Assembly: GCA_040285855.1 (NCBI GenBank)
Contig: JAUFOQ010000004.1
Coordinates: 1,736,001-1,800,000, forward strand
DNA: 64,000 nucleotides
From: Eukaryota sp. GEM-RC1
Taxonomy: Eukaryota
Reading direction: 5' to 3'
The translations under genes were made by a program, and so were the position numbers. Under the pieces are notes generated by a model. It was given only the letters and a program-made list of their open reading frames with translations, did not search any database and had not been told where the DNA came from. Of the stretch, positions 40,249 through 50,936 are shown piece by piece (the first letter of the stretch is position 1; each line of letters begins with the position of its first letter).

Positions 40249-43096
40249 TGTTAATGACATGAATTCTGAATACATATTTACACCAATGTTTTATATATAT
40301 AGCAATGCACACTCATCCAACACTATATAAGTTTATTCGATAACCCATAGTCATTTGTATTAGTATCATAAACTAAAAAAAATTCCTACAATAATCTCTC
40401 AAATATTTTACATAAAACTCCACAGTAGTTTTGACATTTTCGAGTGGACATTTCTGACTCTTACTGATTCATGTTGTGGCTGATTTAGTTTACTTGGTTC
40501 AGATAGTTTAATTTAATGTAAATAAGGAAAATACAACCGTTAAGAATTCTGAAGTCAAAAAGTCATCTTATATGTTAGTCTGATGACAAATTGAAGAAAT
40601 TTGGAACCTCGCCTTGGGGTTTTTGGATAGTCTGAAGATTTGTTTGGTGTTGACAGTTATCTAGTGATTCGGAAAAGTGAGCTATCAATTTCCAGAAATG
40701 CGCCAAATGCGCCAAATGCGCGCATTTTGACGCATTTTGACGCCTTTAACGCATTTGGGATTTTGTGATCTTGTGCATTTTAACTTTGAGATTTTTTTCG
40801 AATTGTTTTTAATGTGCTTCTGTATAAGTCTCTATATACAATTACAGTGATGTTGATCTCAAAACAGTGTTTTGCAGTACCTCTTACGTTGGACAAATGT
40901 AAAGTTGTATTTTATACAATTCAATGAACATTCTTTTGATATCACAATGTGAATTGGTTTAAAATCTGTGAAGTTAGTGGGATTCAACCAAAACCTTTGA
41001 TCAAAAGTCTGTTTTAACCATTTATACGAACAATGTAAATCGATACAAAACCATAAACGGTTAATATTGTATAAAATACTGAATGAAATATAGTTTAAAG
41101 ACCATTGAATTGTATGTTCCATAAGGAAGAAGAAAGAAGAACAAGTGACAAATTAACTACATGCTTATCAGCAAGCTTTACAACAAGTTTCATATATGTT
41201 TTGATGGTACGGGAACGACTTTCTTGTTCAGAAGTATTTCTGAGTTTGAAGATTGAGTAGGACATGGAAAATTCTGGTATAGACTTTATTACAGATTTCG
41301 TTCCAGACAAGTGAATTTACATTCATTACTTCATTACTTATTGGAATTAATTCATTTTCTTCTCGTCTACGAATATACCTGGCTTTATAGCAAATGAATT
41401 CAGAAGAGAACTAACGAAGTCAATGAGTTTGGTTATACGATTGACACTCTTAAAGACTTCTTAAGTAATCACTAATGGTAACGGATGATGTTATAACTAA
41501 TAACATTAGTTAGAGTTGTTTTGATGTTTTGACACTCTTGTACTGTAGTATCTAGACTGGGATGACTGAAACATTTCATTTTCCTCTATCCACAAATGTT
41601 GGTTGTTTTACATTCTAACAGACACTCTGCTCCGTACAAGGCTCCTCTTTTGGCGCAATCCAATTTTGAGGCGGAATCCCCTGCTTGGATTCTATCTCCG
41701 TTGAGTCGATATATAAATAGCTTTTTCTATGTTGTGAAAAAACTTCCATCTCTGCTGTTGTATGTACTCTACTTCTATTCGTGTGTTATCCCTTCCCGTC
41801 CTCCGTTCCCAAAAAACCTCACCGCCGACGGTGACATTGAGTCCAATCCCGGTCCGTTGTCCAAAGACTCCCTAGAGTATCTGAATCCTGGCCAATGGAT
41901 AGATGATGACGCCCTTTCTGAATACTCAAAACACCTATTCAAAGAAGCAAACCTCGATCGGGAATGCTATGTCATTACTCCAGGTGAGATGTGGTCAGAT
42001 TTTTTCACTGATGGATACTGCCAAAATAAGATTGATGACGCCCGGGAGAGAAGCACCAGATACTTCGATGTTCCTCTCAACGATGCTATGAATACAACAG
42101 GTGGATCTGGAGGAGTTCATTGGGGTCTAATGGTAATAGACTATGCGGAAACAACGCGATATTTGTGGATCCAATTGTTGGTTCTTCTTGTCTAAGTTCT
42201 GTTGTAGATGAATTATGTAGGAAAGTAACATTGAACGTACAGAGGCTCAACATCACCAAGACACAGACTCCTAATGACTGTGGTATTTATGTTATTGGTT
42301 ATATTCAAAAATTTGTTGAACTCATTTCAAGGGATCGCATCAATCTATCTTTGATCTCTATTGAACGTGCTTTAATCCAAGTTAACAATGAACTTAATGC
42401 TGCAGATCTCCGTAAACAGATTCAAAAATTGTTTACTTATGTTGACGATCAATTGTTCATCAAATATTCCAAAATACTTGTGGAATCAACAGGTTTAATC
42501 TTTTATGACTATGTAATTGGGCCAACTGATTTATATCCGTTATTATATGGTGACCAACCCTATAATAAATATCCATTTTCGGATTTTTTGACGCAGAAAT
42601 TCTTCCAATGTAGTGAAAAGAAACACCAACAAATGCTACTTATTCCTGTCAATAGTGCAATGTGTGATCTTACTGCTGATGGTCGTCATTGGGGTTTAAT
42701 TATTCTGATCATTTCATCTCCTACAAGTCATATTTTATTCATTGATCCGACCTACGTTGAGGATGATTATGCCAGAGAATTTCCTGCTAACCAAACGCCA
42801 GTTGCACCAACTTCCTCCAATTTATTTTTAATTGTTTCACAAATTTATTCAGTGTTGTCATTCTGTGGAACCAGAAATATAGAATTTATTCCATCAAATA
42901 TCAAACATACTCTAACTGACTCTGGTTTTTGTGTTCTCGAATACATTGAACTTTTAATGAATTTACATCAATCTGTGGTCATAAGGTGGACTGATGTTAA
43001 AGAACTGCTGGGTAATACCACTATTGCTGTTCACGAGTCTCGAAGTAAAATTTTGGAACATTTTGAAACTTTTAGTCCTGTTGAGTTGTCGCATGT
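40249..43096 (+). repeat. Arm 1 of a long near-identical inverted duplication (partner 55077-58036)
   Basis: Reverse-complement match from TGTTAATGACATGAAT (40249 / 58036) through the leader, 2A and both protease domains. Confidence 0.95.
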
Positions 43097-46000
43097 GCCA
43101 AAAATGCCAGCCGTCCCTCCAAAACGTTTGTCCAGTTCAAGTGTTTCAACCGGTGCCACTCCTCAAACTAAAGTTTCTGCCATTAACTTATTGCCACCGA
43201 CTGTATCAAAACCTGTTCCTGCGTCTCTCACAGGTTTGCGTCTAGCTAGCACTAAAGCATCCACTGGTTTAAGCACCAAAAAAAGTAAACCCAAACTTGC
43301 ATCACCAAGAGGTTCACCTCTATCTAAACAAAAGGAATCCAGAACAACCAACTCCCTTGTATCAACTGGTATCACTCCTCAAACTAACATTTCTGTGACC
43401 ACCGTATCTGAACCCGTTTCTACGTCTCCAACTCCCAAACCATCAATTACAGAACAAGAACCCAATCAATCACAAAAGTTCTGTTTAATTGAGATAAAAA
43501 GTGTGATCTCAGATCCTGAACGCTTGAATCTTAAAGTCGTTCGAGTTAAACAGGAGCCAGAAGTAGACGAAGAGATTGAATCAACTTCAGAAGGTATTCC
43601 ACAAATTCAGGATACTACTTTTGAAATTCAGCGTGATCCAGATTTAGATCCAATTGTGTCAATCTCTCTTCAGTTTACCCATGATAAATTTGCAAATGAA
43701 ACTCACCTATTCACCCATAATGTTTCAGAAATTTCACTTCCTAATTGTGTAGTTCACACGTTTACAACTGAAAAATCAATGTTAACAAATTTCATTACAT
43801 TTTTAAATCTTAACAAGCCCATTTTGTTAATAAGTTATGATTGGCATTTAGATACTTTTCCGTTTTTAGTATCACGATGTAAGAAATTAGAAATTGACAT
43901 TGATTATACAATTGATGATTACATTTCTTCTCTTCCAACTTGGTTCCACAGATGGTGCAAACCAACGGAAATTGGTCCTTTTATTCCCTTGACTTGAATT
44001 CAGTATTGAAGAAGTTGTATGTCTTTAGAAGAGGTCGGTTTTTGGAAAACGTGACCACAATTATGATGGACATGAATAATCATTCAAGAACATTTGAAAG
44101 TTTTGACAATGAAAATATCTTCCTTAAGAGAATATTTCATTCTTTAGACAATCCTCTAGTGTCAGATGAAGAAATGAAGGTTAAAACTGAAGAACGTCAA
44201 AACAAAGCGCCATCTGTGAAACTAAAACCCAAGGCTGTTATGGAGATTCGATTGTTAGCAGAATTAACAAAACTTAATGAACTTTGGGAATCTAAAACTT
44301 CGAGAGACACTTCGAGAACCACTTTGTTATTGAACTCAATCAATAAGTTGTTTCTGATACAATACCTTCTCTTTGATCTTCTCGATGAAAAAAGCAAAAA
44401 TTAAGAGAACGACCACCAATGAAGACAGTGAAGAAACGATTAGATAATGTTGTATCAAAGACTAAAGCCAATTGGATGGAGTCTTGTGCTAAGAGAGCTC
44501 ATCAAGTCAGAGTTCGTGGTACTCATATGTTGAAACATTTTTTCGTTACTAAGTTTCACAACTCTCTAATTTTCGACAAGGTCAAAGAGATACTACCTCC
44601 CACTGTTAAAGAAGAAATTGAAACAGACACTGAAGTTTCAGACACTGAACAAACAGAAATTTTAAGTGAAGAGTTTGTGCCTCAACAATTAGAAGAAGAA
44701 ACTGAATTGCCTGTGACTTCAGACCCTGATTTTGGTTTGGATCGTACAATTGAATCCGAAATTTCAGAAGAAGACAGCCAAATTTTAGAAGAAGACAGTA
44801 TTGAAAATGAAACTGGTGAACCTGAACTTGACCTTTTTACTAAAATTCAAACTACCAAATTTGAATTACCAGACTGGGGAGCTTACTTTAAGTTGGGTCC
44901 AATGGGACAACTGTTGGCCATGATGTGGATTCCAAATCACCAATTTTTCAACAGTACTGATCATATTAAAACTGTGGAAAACTCGTTAAAAAACATCATT
45001 TCTAATGTTAAAACAAAACCTACAAAGAAGGAGTTCGCCCAACACTTCCTATCAAACTACATCCCTCTGTTAGAAACTGCTGGTGAAATGGTTGGTAAAG
45101 ATAGGATCGTGTTTCCAAGTGGACTATAATTGGCTAATCCTCTCGGTTACGTTGCAACCGAAATTATTGCTAATTATAAGAACAACATGAGCCAACACCT
45201 TCATGAGTATGTTTTTCAAGTCTTTAACTTGGTTACTCAAAAGAAAGAGAGAATGGAAGCTCTTACTGACAAAACCCAAAGACAAGAACTCTGTCAAAGG
45301 ATTAATGAAGTTAGAGAATTGATCATTAATGGTGAAATTTCCAAAATTAATTTTGATGACAAGCAAGTTTTTACCAATCCGGAATCTCACTTGAGTATAT
45401 TATTCTTCAATTATTTGTTTAATTATTTTGAAGGAAAGATGGAGAAAACGATCTACTATGCCGAAAAGAGTGATCCGTTATACTTTTTAAGTCATGCATT
45501 ATATTTGAACCGTCTCATTGAAGACTATTGTCCTGGTGTAAGAGCAAACAATCCTTTCCCGTTGTCTAAATCTTTAATTCCAAATCATATCAGGTTCGAT
45601 ACGCAATGGTTTCATACAATATTTCGCAGGGATATTCCCAATACTGTCAACTATAATGATGTACGGAAACTTATTTGGAATTCAGTATTTAAACCTCAGG
45701 CTATTCCAGAGTCATTATCCTATGACTTTAAATACACTTCAATTTCGTCAGACGGTTTAAGTTGTAGTTTGTTGATGATGAGGAAAGATTTACTTGATGA
45801 AAATGGAAATGCCCGTGAAAATGTTACAGCAGTTAATCTTGCTTCAAATGAGCGTTATATTGATTCCTTAAGTGAAGATGAAATTGAAGAACTGAATTTA
45901 AAATCTAAGAGAATTGTTGCTTTTGACCCCAACCAACATGATCTCATGTATTGTGCAAGTTTAAAAACTGATGAGGAAGAGACGTGTGAGAAATTTGAAG

Positions 46001-47654
46001 TTGATGAAACAAAACAATTGATAGAAAATTGGAATGACTAATGCTTGTGTTACAGAAGTTGATCTTGCTTCCAATGAACAATCTGTTGATTCCTCAGACG
46101 AGAAAGATGATTCCTCAGGTGAGAAAGAAATTGAGCCCAAGCCAGTTACCCCAACTAGAAAAAGAAAGATTGCTCCATTATCTTCTAAGAAAAGGGGAAG
46201 TTTGAAAAAAATGAAAAAACAATTAAATGATTGGAAGCAAGACACTAACCCACAACCTGTAAAGTGGAAAAGGCGTGACAAATGGAAGGTGTTCCGATAC
46301 ACTGCTGGGGAGAGAAAGGCAGATATTAACAAATCTAGATGGAAACCAAGAAAAAAATCAGCCATCACAGTTCCCAAAAAAATTGACAAAGAAACAAAAA
46401 AAGAAAAAAAGCTAAAAAGGAACGAAAGAAAAAAAGAAATTTCAAAAAACTTGAAAGAAATCGCTGTAACAAAAACATTGTCGAATTGACTGAAAGTGAA
46501 CGTTTACAGATGTACTCAACTGAGTTTGAGAAGAGTGTGTGGAATGGTCAAAAGTACTGGATTCCTACAGTTCTGATACTCCAAGAAGAAAATCATGTAA
46601 ATTGGAAGAATTTTCAAGGTACATGGTTAACAATGAAGTTTTCTGTGCATTAATGAGATCAACCACAACTGGAAAAGCAACTGCTGAAGGATTACCTAAA
46701 AAGAAAGGACCATCTAAGAAACTACCTAAGACAGGACCAACTCAACAAATACCTGCTGCAGCTGAAGGTCTTTATGAAGAGAAATTTTTTAGACGTAGAC
46801 GCCTTACCCAATATTCAAGAAAAGAACGAAGTGAACAAAACTTGGTCCACAGATTAGCTCTCCAATATGGTGATCCAGATGAAGTCGTTGTTGGTTTTGG
46901 GGATTGGAATGACACTCAATTCCGAAGAAGAAGGGGTAAGGCAAGTACAGTAAAAGGCGCTACTCTTCGAAAATTACTAAGAAAATTTGGATTTAAAGTT
47001 TTCTTAGTTGATGAATTTATGACAAGCAAATGTTGCTCTGCTTGTGCTGCTGAAAACCAGGAAGGTATCTGTTCCAATCCTGACTTTGTCAAAGTCACTG
47101 ATCCTAATTGGAAGAAGAAGTTGCAGAATGAGGAGAAGAAATTGAAAAAAGAAATTATGGAACACAATCAATTAGACAATGTTGTGAAACGTAATTTTGA
47201 TGATGAATGGACCAAACAGTTGCCATTCATGAAAGAAAGATTAAAGAGCAAAAAAGTCTCACCATGGGGCTTAGTCCAATGTGCTAAATGTCATGTCCTC
47301 TGGAATAGAGACTTCAACTCTGCTATTAACATTTTAAACATTGTAAATGGAATTATCCAAGGTCAAGGTAGACCTGCTGTCCTCGAGAGACCAAAATCTC
47401 AAACAATAACTATCGAGGATGGTGGGATTACAGATCAGGTTCCCAAGAAGATAAAGAGTGTGAGTAAGTGTCAGTTTTGTCATATGGAAGGCCATACAAC
47501 GGCAAAGTGTCCTCAAAGACCTGTGCCTCCTAAAAGTCCTCGTACATGTACGATATGTAGACAACCAGGACATGATAGAAGAAATTGCCCAAGTAAGGCC
47601 CAGAAAGATGTACCCAAAGACTCACAAGTAGAGAATGAAGAACCGGAATCCTGA
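41596..47654 (+). CDS. Fanzor1-type RNA-guided nuclease polyprotein, copy 1 (2A, 2x SENP8/Ulp1-like, PolB-exo-like, Fanzor, 2x CCHC); several frameshifts and one in-frame TAA at 45127
   Basis: DIESNPGP (41833-41856); HWGL..D..DCG; SSDGLSCS; RuvC-I IVAFDPN (D 45925); VGFGDW; RuvC-II LVDEFMTSKCCSAC (E 47013); CAKC..WNRDFNSAINI (D 47310). Junctions can be bridged by single-base indels and are collinear with copy 2. Confidence 0.85.
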
Positions 47655-47753
47655 ATCTTATAAGTTAGCTCGTCCTAAAAGGCTTGCAAATGAGTGGCAC
47701 AATGTGTCAAACTGTGGTGATAGTGCATTATGCATTTGAAATGAAATCCACAG
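47652..47753 (+). ncRNA. Putative Fanzor omegaRNA scaffold, copy 1
   Basis: Non-coding blocks after the stop are conserved with copy 2 (AAGTTAGCTCGTC, AATGAG, AAACTGTG, TTATGCATTTG). Hairpins are predicted by eye, and similarity ends abruptly at CAG. Confidence 0.6.
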
Positions 47754-47756
47754 AAT

Positions 47757-48073
47757 CGGTGTTCGAAATTTCCCATGTGTTGTTTAAAGGACACCAAGTC
47801 GGTGTTAACACGCGTGTCCACACGGTGTTTTTGATGTGTCTTTTGGTATTTTGACCACTTTTTGTTGGCATTGCAGTCTATTGTGGTATAACATATATAA
47901 AATCATTCAAGTCGAACAATACCGAGGGAAATAAAAGGGTACTTTCAAAGTTTTCTAGGTTTTTTACAGAAAAACACGCACACACGCGGTGTCTTTTTGC
48001 GTGTCTTTTTGCGTGTTTTTGAAAAGACACCGTGTCCGTGTCCAAACGTGTCCACGCGTGTCTTCCAACACTG
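47757..48073. mobile_element. Small hAT-type MITE (GTGTC/GACAC family)
   Basis: Ends CGGTGTTCGAA / TTCCAACACTG (9 of 11 match); GTGTC repeats at both ends; flanks CACAGAAT and GATTGAAT (partial TSD). Confidence 0.6.
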
Positions 48074-48576
48074 GATTGAATTCGAGATTTCGTATCTTTT
48101 ACATCTAGATCATAGGTAACATCTACATTTACCGCAGCTTTAATCGGCACAAACAAAAGATACTAAGACTATCCTTCTGAAGATTTCATGGACTATTAAT
48201 TCCTATATATCTGCTGCATCTCGCCAAATTTTTACCAAAGAAATCTCCCTGTCAGGTAGACGATGTGACGGCTTTTATAATTGAGTATCCTGAGTTTTGC
48301 CTGGAATGACACTCTATCAAAAATGTGAACGCCTCTGGATTGTCTAAAGCATTTAAACCTGGTTACAACACTATAAATTCTAGTGTTTCTGCGCTAAATT
48401 TATTGTCATTGTTTGTTCATCAATAAAATCAGCATTCCGTGCTGGTGGAAAGAAGTATTTCTCCAGTTCAGTAACTATTACTCACATTCCCTATTTCAAT
48501 CATCTCCGTAGTGGAGTATGAAATGTTTTTCTTTGTTCGTGGTCATTGTAGGATTTCCAAAATCATTAAAGATTAG

Positions 48577-49322
48577 TAGGACTGTCCAGGTTCGGGCTCT
48601 AACCTGGGTTCGGACCCAGGTTCCAGATTAGGTTCCCAACACTGAGGTTCCGGTTCCAGTCAGGTTCTGAACATCAAGGTTCCGGTTCCGGTTAGGTTCT
48701 GAACACTAAGGTTCCAGGTTAGAACCTCGAACCCTTTTTTCCTTCATTTAGTATGTTCAAGTTTGTTCTATTAGTAAAATTATTAAATCATATCTTTCCC
48801 CTAAGAGTAATATTGATGCACATGACGTAGAACCTCTTCACGTCGACTCTTCCCCTTCGCCTGCTCCTCCTCCGAATCCACCAAGACAATCATCATCACA
48901 ATCAAACTGGATGTATAAATATAATTGGGTTTGGTGTCTTTACTTCAGCATTTTATGGCACAATAATATTATACATATTCATTATATGCTATCAGGTTGA
49001 GCTTTGTTTCATGCAGAATTGCTCGGAAATTCTGAATATGTAGCCATCGTCACTGCAACTTTTAGACATGAAATTATTTACACCAAATGTATTCAGTTTC
49101 GTTCTGTTCTTCATAATGCTGTCAGATATGTGTCTAGTGTTTCATGGTTTTTATTTTCATATTGATTTTTGTGCCCTTCATCGATAAACTATTTTTTCAT
49201 TGTATCTTATTAAAGTCGGGTTCTAAAAGTTCCCAGGTTCTAACCCCGCAGGTTCAGGTTCCAGTCAGGTTTTGAAATAAGAGTTTTAGATCAGAACCAA
49301 AACCCGAACCTGGACAGTCCTA
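48577..49322. mobile_element. hAT-type MITE, same family as 9783-10868, opposite orientation
   Basis: Perfect TIR TAGGACTGTCCAGGTTCGGG; TSD AAGATTAG / GAGATTAG. Confidence 0.9.
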
Positions 49323-49570
49323 GAGATTAGGATAAATGTGAGTGTTTGAAAATATACATCTGAATCAGAATGCTTATTCTGAAACTTTGCCTATTTTGGA
49401 AATTTAATAAAGAAAAGGATGATCAAACACTTTGATCATCCGTTATGGGTTAATCCTATTTTAAATGTTTCAATGACTTCATTAACGTTTTTTATTTCAA
49501 AATCATCATCAACGAAAATGATATGAAAAACATACATTAGTTCAAATCGGTTCACGGATTTTAAAACATT

Positions 49571-50752
49571 TTAAGTAAAACAAGTATGATGTAAAGTATT
49601 TGGGATATTATATCTACCTTTGATAATGTACAATAAACAGTTACTCCCATAACCCACAGCACTACCACCCTTGCTGTTTTCATATTCAATAGAATCAATC
49701 AGCACATGTGAGTTTAGATCGATAAGGACAACCTTGGCAATTGGTTGAGAACTAGTCACATCGGTATAAGAAATCGCCATCAAATTTGACGGATACACGA
49801 CATGAGATTCGTAATTTGCTTTTGGACTCAATGTAAAAACCAGTTCGACATCTTCAAAACCATGCCCGGTTAATTGTATTTTATACAGAGAAAGTGACAC
49901 TGAATTAGATGTCGTTGAACCAACAGCAAAAACAACAGACCCGTCGTTAAGCACACACGTGAACAAAACTTGATGAAACGTGGTGGGAATCGAGAAATTT
50001 TTCACAAAGACTTCTCTATTGGAATCATGGAATCCTGCAATGAAGATTTTCTTAGGGTACTTCATAATGTTTGAGAATGTAAAGAAAATCATACCTGATG
50101 CCATATTCGTAGACACAGCTCTTATTCCTGGATAACGTATAGAGTATAACAGATGAAGATCCTTGTTGATAACATCTAACTGATTAGAGTTGTATCTGAT
50201 GTACCCTAACCGCGTTGGATGAAACGTGGCATAACCAAGAGATGTACTTTTATGTAAAAGTTTGCCTTCAAAGTCGAATCTGACCATCAGATTTTGATCT
50301 GAACAGAGAAGACCCCGATCATCGGAAACAGCGATGCCTGGAAGAGACACAGGAAAGCGGAGAACTTCTGATGATAGGTCAGCTGAAAATAGATGAAAGT
50401 GTCGAATAAAAGTTTCATCAGGAAAAGCTAGTACGGCGATGGTATTAGAGACGCTGCTCATGTAGAGTTGTGAATATGCAAAACGGATTGGTTTCGTTTG
50501 ACGAAGTAGCTGCCCCGTTAAAAGATCAACAGACATCATTCCAACATTAGTGGAGAAATATACTAGTTGAGGTGTGACAAAAGGCGGTGATGACCAAACA
50601 GAACGGTCATACGAAATGGACCAATCTATTCCCGCTGATAATGAAATGTTAGCGTAATTTGTTCTTTCAGGTGTAAGATCATGACATATTGCACAGGATA
50701 CAGAAGCAATGTAAAGTGAGAAACAGATCCAGAGATACAACACGAAGAGCAT
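49571..50752 (-). CDS. Secreted 393-aa protein, possibly a beta-propeller
   Basis: Intact ORF with a signal peptide and a PQQ-like segment (WSSPP....VYF....MSVDLLTGQL). Confidence 0.65.
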   Translation of the reverse strand: MLFVLYLWICFSLYIASVSCAICHDLTPERTNYANISLSAGIDWSISYDRSVWSSPPFVTPQLVYFSTNVGMMSVDLLTGQLLRQTKPIRFAYSQLYMSSVSNTIAVLAFPDETFIRHFHLFSADLSSEVLRFPVSLPGIAVSDDRGLLCSDQNLMVRFDFEGKLLHKSTSLGYATFHPTRLGYIRYNSNQLDVINKDLHLLYSIRYPGIRAVSTNMASGMIFFTFSNIMKYPKKIFIAGFHDSNREVFVKNFSIPTTFHQVLFTCVLNDGSVVFAVGSTTSNSVSLSLYKIQLTGHGFEDVELVFTLSPKANYESHVVYPSNLMAISYTDVTSSQPIAKVVLIDLNSHVLIDSIEYENSKGGSAVGYGSNCLLYIIKGRYNIPNTLHHTCFT

Positions 50753-50783
50753 TTATTTGAAGATTTACTTCCGCTTCAATGAA

Positions 50784-50936
50784 CTGGGAATGCATTCCAA
50801 ATGCATAAGGGCATAACCCTTCACATTTTCATGATCTCATATAGAGCAAAACTCACAGTTTGAACAAATGTCTAAATTATTAGACAAATATCCTCATTCG
50901 CAAAGTCTTTTAAGACGAGCTAACTTCATAGATTCA
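50784..50936 (-). ncRNA. Putative Fanzor omegaRNA scaffold, copy 2
   Basis: Same conserved blocks as copy 1 with longer inserts, e.g. hairpin TGTCTAA/TTAGACA at 50869-50886; ends ...TTCCCAG. Confidence 0.6.

Noticed and set aside
40859..41310. Small antisense ORFs identical in both arms as accessory genes
   Set aside because: Their identity just reflects the recent duplication; there are no motifs or independent coding evidence.
43475..47654. Polinton/virus DNA polymerase or bacterial IS200/IS605 contamination
   Set aside because: No polymerase palm motifs, capsid, packaging ATPase, TnpA or serine recombinase are visible; the motifs are Fanzor1-like and the context is eukaryotic.
40246..47755. 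TG...CA termini with a 3-bp GAA TSD around copy 1
   Set aside because: Copy 2 gives GAT versus GTT, and the 5' boundary lies inside a dispersed repeat; a 3-bp match is expected by chance.
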